From an uncultured delta proteobacterium (GTDB lineage Bacteria > Desulfobacterota > Binatia > UBA9968), in contig CAVUZH010000018.1 in the NCBI GenBank assembly GCA_963745835.1, forward strand, positions 96,001-160,000: DNA of 64,000 nucleotides, written 5' to 3'. This document shows, piece after piece, positions 42,184 through 52,620 of the stretch. A program made the translations under genes and the position numbers. Every line of letters starts with the position of its first letter. Position 1 is the stretch's first letter. Under the pieces are notes generated by a model that was given only the letters and a program-made list of their open reading frames with translations, ran no database searches and had not been told where the DNA came from.

Positions 42184-44472
42184 TCATAACATGTTGTACG
42201 GATCGACATCAATGTGTAGACGCACGTTGCGCGTTCTCGTGAACGTCTCGCGAACGGCACTAGCTAACCCGATCAATGGGCTTATTTGATCGCCTTTGAG
42301 CAAGAGCTGCCACCGATACCGATTCCGCAACTTTTCGATCGGCGAAGGAGCGGGGCCAAGAATTTCAACGTGTTCCCGGTACTTTGGGTTGCCGCTTTGG
42401 ATCGCGCGGATCTTTTTGAAAAGCGCTTGGGCTTTCGCTTCCACATGCTCCGAACTTGGACCGTCTAGGCGCAAATTTACCAACTTGCCAAACGGAGGAT
42501 AGCCCAACGCCCGGCGAAACTCGATTTCTTTCGCGAAAAACTTTTTGTAGTCGTGATCAATGAGCGATTGAATTGCATAATGTTCAGGTTCATAGGTCTG
42601 GATGATTACTCTTCCGGGATCATCCCCTCGTCCGGATCTGCCCGCAACTTGGCTAAGGATTTGGAAGGTTCGTTCAGCGCTCCGAAAGTCCGGCAGATTC
42701 AAAGACATGTCGGCAAGCAGCGCGCCCACGAGCGTCACTCCGGAAACATCGTGCCCCTTGGTGATCATTTGGGTCCCAATAAGTATGTCGATATCGCCAC
42801 TTTCCCACCTGCGGATCAAATCGGCGTGCGAGCCGCGCTTGCCGGTGGTGTCCCTGTCCATGCGTGCGATGCGCGCCTCAGGGACCAATGCATATAGGGT
42901 CTGTTCAATCTGTTCGGTTCCTGCGCCAATACCCGCGAGGGTTTCAGTGCCGCAATCGGGGCAAACTCGTTCTACTGGTCTACTGAAATCGCAGTGATGG
43001 CAGCGAACGATCTTGCGCTTTAAATGCACAGTCAATGTGACGCTGCAATAAGAGCAGCGCAAGACATAACCGCATCGCGTGCACTGTAAGAAATTTGCGA
43101 AGCCTCGGCGATTTAAAAAGACCAGTGTCTGTCGTTTATTTACGAAATTGCGTTTGATCGCAGTTGCGAGCGGATCTGACAACAATCGTTCTCCAGCACT
43201 TTTCTGCTTCCGCCATCCCTCCGACCCGCCATCGGTGGCGGCTACACCAACCGATTTGGATTGGTTTCGGAGATCAAAGATTTCGACACTGGGCAACGGG
43301 CGCTGCTCTACGCGTTGAGAAATCTCCAACAATTGATAGCGACCTTGAAGAGAATTTTCATAACTCTCCAATGATGGTGTGGCTGATCCTAGAACCACGG
43401 CGCAGGCCGAGAGCTTGCCGCGCATAACAGCAACATCCCTGGCGTTGTAGCGCAAGCCGTCATCCTGTTTATAAGATCCGTCATGCTCTTCATCGGCAAT
43501 AATCAAACCAAGATTTGGAACCGGCGCAAAAACGGCCGAGCGCGCCCCCACGACAATGTCGACGTCTCCTCCTTTGATCCGCCACCACTGCGCCCATCGC
43601 TCGGCAGGCGTCAAACCACTGTGTAAAATACCCACCCTGCCATTAAATCGTGCGTTGACCCGATCAAGAAGCTGAGGAGTTAATGAGATTTCCGGAATCA
43701 GGATGAGACTTCGAGCGCCAATGTCTCGGACGCACTCCATGGCACGTAAGTAAATCTCAGTTTTACCGCCACCGGTCACTCCGTGGAGGAGAAATGTCGC
43801 GAATCCGCCGCTTCTAAGGCGAGCTTTGATGGCGACTAGTGCTGCATGTTGTTCCGTGCTGAGCGTGAACCGTTTTAGGTCCGCAGACGGTGATCGGGGC
43901 ATTTGAGAGCCGTCGAATCGACGGCTTTTCCTCTGCCCGGGTAAGCGTTCGCGAATTTCAACATCACCGGCAGATTGAAGTTGTTTTAGGGCAGTGGAGA
44001 TATTCGTTCCGCCAAAAGCTCTCGTCAAGCTTTTGAGGCTGGTCCGGCCATTCTTGTCGCGCAGCACATCTAGGATTGTCTGTCCTAGAACATCATCAGT
44101 CTGCGTCGATTCCGATTTTGCGGCGATGATGCTATCGATTTCCACACGAGAGTTGGGTGGCAGTATCGTGCTTAGCACTTCGCCGAGCGATGCTACATAA
44201 TACTGGCTAGCCCAGTGACTGAGGGTCAATAACTGTTCATCAACAATTGGCGCCTCATCTAACACGGCAATTATATTTTTGATGTCGGGCAGCGGCGTCT
44301 CGGAAATATGGTCGGACACGATCCCTGATACCTTGCGGTTGCCTAGAGGGATTAATACGCGCATGCCGACAGTGACAAGATGTCTAAGGTTATCGGGAAC
44401 ACCGTAGGTGAGAGGCTCTTTAATAGGCGATGGAATGATGATGCGGGCGAATTTCTCCGCTTGCGGACTCAT
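42184..44472 (-). CDS. priA: Primosomal protein N' (helicase)
   Basis: GVTGGGKTE, DEEH, SATPS, four CxxC pairs, GTQMITKG and QVAGRSGR; likely start 44472. Confidence 0.96.
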   Translation of the reverse strand: MSPQAEKFARIIIPSPIKEPLTYGVPDNLRHLVTVGMRVLIPLGNRKVSGIVSDHISETPLPDIKNIIAVLDEAPIVDEQLLTLSHWASQYYVASLGEVLSTILPPNSRVEIDSIIAAKSESTQTDDVLGQTILDVLRDKNGRTSLKSLTRAFGGTNISTALKQLQSAGDVEIRERLPGQRKSRRFDGSQMPRSPSADLKRFTLSTEQHAALVAIKARLRSGGFATFLLHGVTGGGKTEIYLRAMECVRDIGARSLILIPEISLTPQLLDRVNARFNGRVGILHSGLTPAERWAQWWRIKGGDVDIVVGARSAVFAPVPNLGLIIADEEHDGSYKQDDGLRYNARDVAVMRGKLSACAVVLGSATPSLESYENSLQGRYQLLEISQRVEQRPLPSVEIFDLRNQSKSVGVAATDGGSEGWRKQKSAGERLLSDPLATAIKRNFVNKRQTLVFLNRRGFANFLQCTRCGYVLRCSYCSVTLTVHLKRKIVRCHHCDFSRPVERVCPDCGTETLAGIGAGTEQIEQTLYALVPEARIARMDRDTTGKRGSHADLIRRWESGDIDILIGTQMITKGHDVSGVTLVGALLADMSLNLPDFRSAERTFQILSQVAGRSGRGDDPGRVIIQTYEPEHYAIQSLIDHDYKKFFAKEIEFRRALGYPPFGKLVNLRLDGPSSEHVEAKAQALFKKIRAIQSGNPKYREHVEILGPAPSPIEKLRNRYRWQLLLKGDQISPLIGLASAVRETFTRTRNVRLHIDVDPYNML

Positions 44473-44852
44473 CGCTCGATTAATAACTTCGAACATCTCA
44501 AAAGGCAACTCGCGATAGTCATGAACCAAAACAGGAAATCACGAAAAGCCGGTGCGATAGTGTCCCGCCGGATCAGATCTGCTGATCGGACAATGCAACG
44601 CTGGTCACGGAACGGTAGCGCTATTTACAAGACCGATGCAGGCCACCTAGGTAGCGTCCCAATCGGCTTCGGTCCTGGACCTGAATGATTGGACAGGCTG
44701 CAACGGATCTGCTGCAGTTTTCACCCAAGACTGACGTACTCTACGCAATTCTGTCCATAATTGTCCAACTCGGAACATTATGGCCTTGGTAAAGACTCGA
44801 GAATCCGACTATTGGTTTAGTATCCGTTGGGAAATGTCACCCTTACCGACGA

Positions 44853-44867
44853 TGGCATAATTTTAGC
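44853..44867 (+). promoter_or_regulatory. Candidate sigma54 promoter of pilMNOPQ
   Basis: TGGCATAATTTTAGC (GG-N10-GC) in the priA/pilM intergenic region. Confidence 0.6.
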
Positions 44868-45280
44868 GTTAGCGGCTTTTACTCCACATCCGTGGCCGTA
44901 CCACTCACAGCAACCTCATAGATGGCAGCGGAGGGGTAATGAAAAGACACTCTTTTTGGGGAGCTCAAAGAGCGCGGGAAAGTGAACAATCCTTCGGCCG
45001 CTGAATCCGCCGTTATTAGCATCAACTAGAAACGACGGTCACGAAAATGTAGCTTTCGTTGATAGTTGTTGATTACGACTGGAGTCGAATGAGTTCAGGT
45101 ACAAATTGTAGCTCGTATGTTACCTACATTACGCAAAGAGGACATTAAGGGAGCCATTGATAGGTTAGGGTCAGCTGCTGCCTACGGGGTTTCATCGAGC
45201 TGACTCGCCAGCGATCGGTAGGAACAAACCTCGCATTCGGCACTCAGCGCTACCTTCTGGCAGAAAGTATCATTCCAGTC

Positions 45281-46381
45281 ATGGGTTCTTTCTTGACCAA
45301 ATTTAATCTCAGTGCGTTGACATCGTTTGGACGGAACGGTGGTTTCGTTGCGCTCGATATCGGATCGAGCTCGATTAAAATGGTTGAAACCTCGATCGAA
45401 CGAGGTGGTTATCGGGTATTGAGCTTGGGGGTACTTCCAGTTCCGCTGGATGCGATTCAGAACAATATGGTTGTTAATGCTAAGTTGGTGGCAGATACAA
45501 TTCGGCGCCTTGTTCAAGAGAACCGAGTGAAGTCAACTCAAGTGGTGTCTGCGGTGCCCGGCAGGGCTGTCATTATGAAACGAATTGAAATGCCGATGCA
45601 GGAAGAAGCGGAGTTGGAGGCTAATATAGAGTTTGAAGCCAACAATGTAATTCCAGAGAGAATGGAGAATGTCAATCTAGATTACCAAGTCGTTAACGCG
45701 ATCGCCGGCGGGAGCAAACTGGATGTTCTGCTGGTGGCGGTGAAAAAGGAAATTGTTAACAGCTATACCGAGGCTATTGAAGAAGCCGGTCTCAAGCCCG
45801 TGATTATGGATGTCGATTATTTCGCCATGGAAAATATGTACGAAGCAAACTATTCGACAGAACCGGGCGGCGGATTGGTTGGGCTTATCCACATTGGGGC
45901 ACGTTATACCAGTGTAACTTTGCTGAATAATGGCATGTCGACATTTACCGGTGATCTGCCATTCGGCGGCGACGATTTCAGGGATAGCTTGAAAAGAGAA
46001 TTGAACTTGTCTTCGGAAGGAGCCGAAACTGCAAAGATCACGGGCATGGTCGACGGAAAGAAGGGCTTCGATATCGAGGCCATGCTCAAACCGACCTCAG
46101 AAAACCTAGCCGAAGAAATTCGACGAACGGTTACCTTATACGGCACGGTTGGAACGGAAGAAGGCGATGGGTTGAAAGCGATTTACTTGAGCGGTGGCAG
46201 TGCTCAAACGATCGGATTGCGCGCTATGTTAGAGCAGCAACTGGTAGTGCCAGTGCGAATGGCTGAACCCTTTCGTGGGTTCAATGTGGATAAGAAAATC
46301 GACAGACACTTCATTACGGAAGACGCGCCTGCCTTCGCCGTCGGAGCTGGGTTGTCTATCCGCAGACCCGGGGACAAGTGA
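45281..46381 (+). CDS. pilM: Type IV pilus assembly protein PilM
   Basis: ALDIGSSSIK actin-like motif, VLLVAVKKE and YLSGGSA. Confidence 0.95.
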   Translation: MGSFLTKFNLSALTSFGRNGGFVALDIGSSSIKMVETSIERGGYRVLSLGVLPVPLDAIQNNMVVNAKLVADTIRRLVQENRVKSTQVVSAVPGRAVIMKRIEMPMQEEAELEANIEFEANNVIPERMENVNLDYQVVNAIAGGSKLDVLLVAVKKEIVNSYTEAIEEAGLKPVIMDVDYFAMENMYEANYSTEPGGGLVGLIHIGARYTSVTLLNNGMSTFTGDLPFGGDDFRDSLKRELNLSSEGAETAKITGMVDGKKGFDIEAMLKPTSENLAEEIRRTVTLYGTVGTEEGDGLKAIYLSGGSAQTIGLRAMLEQQLVVPVRMAEPFRGFNVDKKIDRHFITEDAPAFAVGAGLSIRRPGDK

Positions 46382-46983
46382 TCCGGCTTAATCTACTCCC
46401 GGTTCGTGAACTTAACGCAGAATCTGATCGCCGGAGGGATCTGATTGTAACGGGCGTCTCGCTAGCCATCACTACGTTGATACTAGTGGGCATTTACTTG
46501 TATCAATCAGCCCATTTGTCGCACTTGGCAAACGAGCTTCCCGTGATCCGGAAGGAAGTAGAGATTTTAAACGGCAAAGTAAAAGAACTCGGCAATTTGG
46601 AAGCCAAGATAAAGGAACTGAGAAGCAAGCATAAAGTGATCGAAGACCTGCGCGGCCAGAAGATGGGTCCGACTCTAGTTATGGACAGCCTCGCGGCGGC
46701 TATTCCGTCGAGTCTTTGGTTAGTCGAACTGAAGCAAAGTGGCGGAAGCCTTATAATGAACGGGTTGGCTATGGATAATCAGTCGGTGGCCGAATTTATC
46801 AGGTCGTTATCTCGATCTGGTCACTTCCGAGATGTCGAATTAGTAGAAACAACTCAGGCGGACCAGAAGACAGGGCCCTTTAAGAAATTCTCCATTCAAT
46901 CCGGCATTTCTTATAGGGTTCCGGCAACTCCGGTTAGCTCCTCAGCTCCTCCTCAGGCGGATCCGAAAGGAAACAAGAGTTGA
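46378..46983 (+). CDS. pilN: Type IV pilus assembly protein PilN
   Basis: IRLNLLP N-terminal motif, TM helix, coiled coil. Confidence 0.93.
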   Translation: MIRLNLLPVRELNAESDRRRDLIVTGVSLAITTLILVGIYLYQSAHLSHLANELPVIRKEVEILNGKVKELGNLEAKIKELRSKHKVIEDLRGQKMGPTLVMDSLAAAIPSSLWLVELKQSGGSLIMNGLAMDNQSVAEFIRSLSRSGHFRDVELVETTQADQKTGPFKKFSIQSGISYRVPATPVSSSAPPQADPKGNKS

Positions 46984-47603
46984 ACGCCGCGGTTGAGAAC
47001 ATCCTCGACCGGCCCAAAGGTCAAAAGCTCGGGATATTGGTCGGGTTAATCATCCTTATATCAGCGGCTTTTTACTCGTTTCTTTATAGTCCGCAAGCTG
47101 ACGAAGTTGCCAAATTGAATGAAAGCATCGAGGCGGCACAAAATGAAAAAAGTACCAAACAAAAGCGCGCCGCTAATTTGCCGAAGCTACAAAAAGAATT
47201 GGGCGAGCTGGATGTAAGATTAAAAGAGGCGATAGCGCAACTTCCTAGTAAGAAGGAAATTGCGGATCTTCTGTCTAGTATTGCGGCAAAAGCCCAAGAG
47301 TCCGGATTGGACATCAATCTGTTTCGTCCGAGACCTGAAAACTACAAGGATTTCTACGCGGAGATACCAGTAGAAATAAACATTAAAGGAACGTTTCACA
47401 ACGTGATTATGTTTTTTGATGCAATCGGAAGGCTCACAAGGTTAATCAATATTGATAATGTCGGGTTTAAGAATCCTACGACATCGGGCGATCAGATGAT
47501 TCTCGAATTTACAACAACCGCGACCACGTACCGTTTCCTGGAAGAGGCGGAGCGAAAAAAAATTGCTGAAGAAAAGGCCAACGCGTTGAAGGCCAAGAAA
47601 TAG
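46980..47603 (+). CDS. pilO: Type IV pilus assembly protein PilO
   Basis: LPSKKEIADLL, FYAEIP and TYRF motifs; operon position. Confidence 0.93.
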   Translation: MNAAVENILDRPKGQKLGILVGLIILISAAFYSFLYSPQADEVAKLNESIEAAQNEKSTKQKRAANLPKLQKELGELDVRLKEAIAQLPSKKEIADLLSSIAAKAQESGLDINLFRPRPENYKDFYAEIPVEINIKGTFHNVIMFFDAIGRLTRLINIDNVGFKNPTTSGDQMILEFTTTATTYRFLEEAERKKIAEEKANALKAKK

Positions 47604-47608
47604 AGATC

Positions 47609-48241
47609 ATGGGAGCTTTGTTGAGTTTTTCTTTACGTGTTGTGACCGCAATCTTAGCGACAGCTTTAGTAATCGAGTTTGTTATCGCTCAGGAGCAGAT
47701 TCAGACTCCGTCTCAAAAGACCAAAGAGGCGGTGGATAGGCTGGCAAAGACGCCCGCGACGATCGGCAAAAGTCTTGGGGTACTTACTGAAGCGGCGAAC
47801 GCGAAGTTGAGGCAGGTCTTTGGTGACAAAGAGGAAAGTAAAACGAACGGGGAACCCGATGATAGTGTGCTCTTGAAAAAAAAGAATCTCGAGCCTGAGT
47901 CGCCGAAATTTATTCGGAAAGTGAATCGCGATCCTTTTCGGCCGCCTAGCATTCAAACAAGGACCGGTACCCGGTCCCGAGACAATTTATCTCCTCTCGA
48001 ACGGTTCGAGTTGGGGCAACTTAAGGTGGTTGGCATCGTTTGGGACGTTAAAGAGCCCAGAGCGATGATAGAAGACAGCGCAGGCCTTGGCTATACCATT
48101 CTGGTTGGCACGCCGATAGGCGGGAGCGAAGGCAAGGTGAAAGGAATTCATCGCGACCAAGTGGTTGTTGAGGAGTCTTTTGAAGATGTCTCTGGCAAGA
48201 AAAAAACCCGCGAAGTCTCCATGAAACTATCAACAGATTAA
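47609..48241 (+). CDS. pilP: Type IV pilus assembly protein PilP
   Basis: RDPF, PLERFELGQLKVVGI and G..IG...G motifs. Confidence 0.9.
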   Translation: MGALLSFSLRVVTAILATALVIEFVIAQEQIQTPSQKTKEAVDRLAKTPATIGKSLGVLTEAANAKLRQVFGDKEESKTNGEPDDSVLLKKKNLEPESPKFIRKVNRDPFRPPSIQTRTGTRSRDNLSPLERFELGQLKVVGIVWDVKEPRAMIEDSAGLGYTILVGTPIGGSEGKVKGIHRDQVVVEESFEDVSGKKKTREVSMKLSTD

Positions 48242-48269
48242 TGGCAATGAACAAGGAGAGAGAAAATTC

Positions 48270-50279
48270 ATGCTTTGTCTGAATCGGCGGGTTCAGAGAA
48301 TCGCCCAAAGTGGATCTGCTGCCTTATTCCTCATTTTGGGAATCGTTCATGGGGCGGCTTTATCAGGTTGTGGGCATAGTGCGAGTAAAGCCCCTGTAGT
48401 CAGCCGAAACCAAGCTACTGCCCAATCACCGACCGTTCAATCGCAACCTAGCACCCGAGAAGAGCAGACGCCGTCTGGACTCCTAAAGCTACAGGATCTT
48501 TCAGTCCTCGAAGAGGGTGGCCAAACAACAATATCAATTAAGTTTTCACAGCCGGTATCTGAATTTCGGCATTTTCCCCTGTCACAGCCGTCACGAATTG
48601 TTCTCGATTTATTGAGCGATATTAAACGGGCCCCCATAAGTGAGAGCTTTCGTATCGACACACATTGGGTTGGAACGTTACGCTTGACTGCCAATGACGC
48701 CAGTATCCGGTTGGCCGCCGACATTGCGGCCGCTACCGTGCCGGCATATGTGGTCACCCCTCAAGATGGCGGTCTGAAAATAGTGATCGGTCTTTTTAAC
48801 CCCGATGCGACAGCAAAAAGGCAGGCGGTTCTTTTCAAAGATGGAGTACGTTCAGACATCCGGTCAGCCGGACCGACGTCGTCGTTAAAGGGTTCGAGCG
48901 AGGATGTTAAATCTTCTGTGGCGGGTCAGGCTAAGGCTGAAGATAAGAGATATACGGGCCAGAAGATATCGCTGGAATTTAAGGATGCCGACATAAAGAA
49001 TGTGTTCCGGCTCCTCGCCGAAGTGAGCGGTAATAACATCATGGTCACCGACGACGTCAACCGTAAAGTTACCGTTCGTCTAATTGAACTGCCGTGGGAC
49101 CAAGCGATGGACCTAATTGTTGAAACCAATGGCTTGGCTAAAGAAGAAATCGGCAACGTGATCCGAATATCCACAGCTGGCCGATTCAAGTCTGACAGGG
49201 ACGCTTTGGTAGCCGCCAGGAGAGCGAGAGATGACCTGGAGCCACTGCAGACAGTCTACTACAGTATCAACTATGCTAAGGTGAAAGAGCTTGAGTCCAA
49301 GGTGAAGCCGCTCATGAGCAAGCGGCCCGACGCCGCGTTGGTCATTGATGAGCGAAGCAACACTATCATGTTGCGGGACCTGCAAAAGAGCATAGAAGAT
49401 GTAAGTACTCTCGTCACAAAACTCGATTTGCGAACGGCTCAAGTTCTAATCGAATCAAATCTAGTGGAGACGACGCCGACGTTTTCCAGAGCCTTAGGAA
49501 CTGAAATCGATGCGATATTTAATGGGCGCGTTGTCGCTAGTTCAAGATTCTTGGCCGGTAGTCCCTTTGCAGGGAGCGCCAACACGGTTGCCCCGCCTTT
49601 TCCGGTACCGAGCACGGGTTTCCGGTTTGGTTACACGCCGGCTAACTTGAATGGTTTTATCACGGCCGCTGAGAACGAAGGAAACGCTAAAATCATTTCA
49701 CGGCCATCTATAGTCACGCTTAATAACGTGCCGTCAACGATCAAAAGCGAAAGAATTTTAAGGATTGCGCTGCCTAGCTCGACAAACATAGCTAGTGGCA
49801 GTGGGGCCGCCGCCGGTACGGCAGTGGCAACGGAAAAAATCCCTGTGGGGATCAATCTCACTGTAACCCCTCAGGTTTCGAGCGACGGATTCGTTTTGAT
49901 GAATATAAAAGTGAAGTCGAGTTCCGTCGCCAATTCGTCAACAGTCTCCGGTGGAACGGCAGGTGTGATCCCCTTTGACGAGCTTAACCGCGAGGCAGAA
50001 GCAAACGTGCTTGTGCGAGACGGTGAGACGATCGTAATCGGCGGAATACTTAAGGACATTGACTCGGATTCCCAAAGTGGAATTCCCTACCTCAAAGACA
50101 TTCCTGTTTTCGGCTGGCTTTTTAGAAACTGGCGATTTCAAAAAGACTTTGAAGAGTTGGTGGTCTTTATTACGCCGAGAATTGCTGCAGCAGGTTCAGA
50201 AAATCTTCCATCAGCAGAGCAGCTTTGGCGCAACCAAATGGAAAAAACCAAGACAGAAGCAGCGAATGCAACGCACTAA
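48270..50279 (+). CDS. pilQ: Type IV pilus secretin PilQ
   Basis: AMIN-like domain, YTGQKISLEF, PWDQA, DERSN and secretin C-terminus GIPYLKDIP..GWLF. Confidence 0.95.
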   Translation: MLCLNRRVQRIAQSGSAALFLILGIVHGAALSGCGHSASKAPVVSRNQATAQSPTVQSQPSTREEQTPSGLLKLQDLSVLEEGGQTTISIKFSQPVSEFRHFPLSQPSRIVLDLLSDIKRAPISESFRIDTHWVGTLRLTANDASIRLAADIAAATVPAYVVTPQDGGLKIVIGLFNPDATAKRQAVLFKDGVRSDIRSAGPTSSLKGSSEDVKSSVAGQAKAEDKRYTGQKISLEFKDADIKNVFRLLAEVSGNNIMVTDDVNRKVTVRLIELPWDQAMDLIVETNGLAKEEIGNVIRISTAGRFKSDRDALVAARRARDDLEPLQTVYYSINYAKVKELESKVKPLMSKRPDAALVIDERSNTIMLRDLQKSIEDVSTLVTKLDLRTAQVLIESNLVETTPTFSRALGTEIDAIFNGRVVASSRFLAGSPFAGSANTVAPPFPVPSTGFRFGYTPANLNGFITAAENEGNAKIISRPSIVTLNNVPSTIKSERILRIALPSSTNIASGSGAAAGTAVATEKIPVGINLTVTPQVSSDGFVLMNIKVKSSSVANSSTVSGGTAGVIPFDELNREAEANVLVRDGETIVIGGILKDIDSDSQSGIPYLKDIPVFGWLFRNWRFQKDFEELVVFITPRIAAAGSENLPSAEQLWRNQMEKTKTEAANATH

Positions 50280-50475
50280 GCTGAGGCACGATCGTAGCAG
50301 GACTACGGCTCGTACCAATAAGGCGCCTTGCGCCGAGGAATTGATACCTCAGAATTATTCATTGCGGATTGGGGATGCTAGAGTAACGAAGAGTTTGTTC
50401 CTTAGAGTTGCTGTCCTCAACGATTAACATCCATAGAGGTTTGGATCCCACTGCCGCCGCAATACGGCACCTGAA

Positions 50476-51219
50476 TTAGTCTGAAGATAATGAGCTAATG
50501 TCCATGTCGTTTCTTTTCATCTCGGCAATCACACGCTCACGCTCGCTCTCGAGCTCGGTAATCTGCTTCCTTAAATCACTGAGTAATTTCTCTTTTTCCG
50601 TGTAGGCTGGTGGTGGATTCGTGGAAAATGGAGGGGATTGTGCCTCGCCTCCGGACGGCAGTCCCTGCGCCTTGTATTGAGCGTCTCTAAGTCGCGACAA
50701 AAGATCCGCCTGGTGACCTCTAAAGGCTTCTTCGGTTGTGAATAAGAACGGCTCGACTCCTGTGTTACCTCGAGTCTCCGCAGCGTATCGACCTCTAAGT
50801 TCTTTTAGCTGATCATCAATTTTCTTGATCAGTTGACGGTAGGTGTCTTCCTTCACGTCCGGTTTAGTGATCTCTTTCGCTTCGCTACGCTGGTTCTCCG
50901 TAGGGTTTTGGGGTGTGCCAGTGTTTGTTCGTTCTAGAGCAGGTACTCTATCTTCTGGGACCGTTACAGGCGCGGATCGCAGTGGTGCCTCGGTGGGAGA
51001 TTTCGCTCCTACGGCCGGTTTGATCGTCTGAATCTGATCCTTGGGAATAGAGATTTCGCCGCCGAAGCCGTGAAGTTTTACTATACCCGCCTCTTCGCGA
51101 AAATTTTGTACATTAAAGCGGCGGCCGTTTTTCAAAACTATCGTATAATCCGCGAACAAAGGAAGATTGTATGAAAGGAGGGCGGCGGTCGCAGAATAAA
51201 AAATGAATAGTCGTTTCAT
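50476..51219 (-). CDS. Exported hypothetical protein (LKNG beta domain, linker, coiled coil)
   Basis: Signal peptide and YTIVLKNGRR N-domain similar to 54389-54940; alternative start 51237. Confidence 0.7.
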   Translation of the reverse strand: MKRLFIFYSATAALLSYNLPLFADYTIVLKNGRRFNVQNFREEAGIVKLHGFGGEISIPKDQIQTIKPAVGAKSPTEAPLRSAPVTVPEDRVPALERTNTGTPQNPTENQRSEAKEITKPDVKEDTYRQLIKKIDDQLKELRGRYAAETRGNTGVEPFLFTTEEAFRGHQADLLSRLRDAQYKAQGLPSGGEAQSPPFSTNPPPAYTEKEKLLSDLRKQITELESERERVIAEMKRNDMDISSLSSD

Positions 51220-51635
51220 AGGTATCGAATATACCATGGTAGGGCATCTCCAGAAATGGATTTTAGAACTTTGTCAGCGGCGTTGAGCGTAAGGGCAACT
51301 ATGTAACATTTAGGTCTAAGGCTCTCCCTAAACGCAGTGATACACTATCTTTCTAGAAGTTTGGATGGTGATTTGTCTCAGTCTGGCCGACCTAGATTCT
51401 CAGGCACGTATTAATTGGTCGAATCGTAGGGCTGTCGGGGGTTTTGTGGGTTCGTTTGCCTGCGTACGCTCCCATAGTCATGAATTTTCGCCGTTCCGTG
51501 TCAGATGAGCCAATATTGTCGAAATTTTCTGCTGAGATGACCATATCGGTGCAACCCATGGTGCCCGCGTGGCCTCACTTTGGAAGAGTTCGGGGACGGT
51601 AGGGATGTTTACGGAGATAATTGTGCGTCATTGTT

Positions 51636-51650
51636 TGGTACAGTTTCTGC
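51636..51650 (+). promoter_or_regulatory. Candidate sigma54 promoter of the minor pilin cluster
   Basis: TGGTACAGTTTCTGC (GG-N10-GC) about 70 bp before the probable start. Confidence 0.5.
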
Positions 51651-51722
51651 TCGCCCTTGTCGGTGGCGTCGCGCGCAACCTTTAGCGCGGAATCACATAA
51701 ATTGGCAGTTTCGATCCCATTC

Positions 51723-52202
51723 ATGATCTTAAAGTCAGGAAAAAGAATTCTAGCTGATGTTAGCGGCTTCTCGATCGGGGAACTGATGACGGTAGTAAGC
51801 CTTATCGGAATAGTAACCGCCGTAGGTATTCCCAGTTTCTTGTCCTTTCAACCGAGTATGCGGCTAAATGGCGCCGCGAGAGAAGTCCTGAGTAGACTCA
51901 ATTGGGCGCGAGCTAACGCCGTGCAGAATAACAACACCTCTGTCGTCACATTCTTAAACGATCACAGCTTTCAGATCTTCAACGATGCCAATGGTAACGG
52001 GTCAGCAGACGCTAATGAAACAGTAACTATAAATCTTCAAACAAATTACTCCGACGTAACTTTCGCGGTGACTGGTTCCAGCTCTACGCCAACGTTCAAC
52101 GGGCGCGGGACGGCTAGCTCAGATACCACGGTAACGATTAGCAATCCAAGCGGCTCCAAGACCGTGGCTGTCAGTCCGACGGGCAACGTAAAAATCAATT
52201 AA
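51723..52202 (+). CDS. fimT: FimT/FimU/GspH-like minor pilin
   Basis: Class III signal G|FSIGELMTVV, ARANAV and FNGRG; start ATG 51723. Confidence 0.85.
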   Translation: MILKSGKRILADVSGFSIGELMTVVSLIGIVTAVGIPSFLSFQPSMRLNGAAREVLSRLNWARANAVQNNNTSVVTFLNDHSFQIFNDANGNGSADANETVTINLQTNYSDVTFAVTGSSSTPTFNGRGTASSDTTVTISNPSGSKTVAVSPTGNVKIN

Positions 52203-52203
52203 C

Positions 52204-52620
52204 ATGGGCAGAAACTCTCGAAAGAGCCGCCTTACGATAGTGAGCAAAGAGCGAGGTTTTACTCTCATTGAGGTTCTTGTAACAGCGCTGATTTTAACGA
52301 CCGGGCTGCTTGGCACGTTAGGCCTAGCCACCGGAGTCATTCGCGGAAATTTCTTCAGCAAGAATCTTACGTCGGCGACAGCAATTGCTCAGACCCAGCT
52401 GGAGGCGGTTCAGAATAGAGGGTATGTGAACGCAACCACAGCTAATTTTCCAGCAGCCGCCGTAACAGTCAGCATGGGCAACGTGAACTTTGCCCGGACT
52501 ACGATCATCACAAATGATTCGCCAAGCACTAACATGAAAACGATTTCGGTGATGGTGAGTTGGGCTGAGAGCAATAATGCGGCTCGCTCGGTCTCTCTTC
52601 AGACGATTCTGGCCCAATGA
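52204..52620 (+). CDS. pilV: PilV-like minor pilin
   Basis: G|FTLIEVLV prepilin motif, AQTQLE, V.VSW. Confidence 0.85.
   Translation: MGRNSRKSRLTIVSKERGFTLIEVLVTALILTTGLLGTLGLATGVIRGNFFSKNLTSATAIAQTQLEAVQNRGYVNATTANFPAAAVTVSMGNVNFARTTIITNDSPSTNMKTISVMVSWAESNNAARSVSLQTILAQ

Noticed and set aside
45095-45190. GEMM-I (c-di-GMP/cGAMP) riboswitch upstream of pilM, suggested by ACGCAAAG
   Set aside because: P1 GNRA hairpin and P2 pairing could not be built; an Infernal search would settle it
51290-51330. GGGCAAC...GGTCTAAGG riboswitch-like words before the minor pilins
   Set aside because: Spacing and stems do not fit the GEMM consensus
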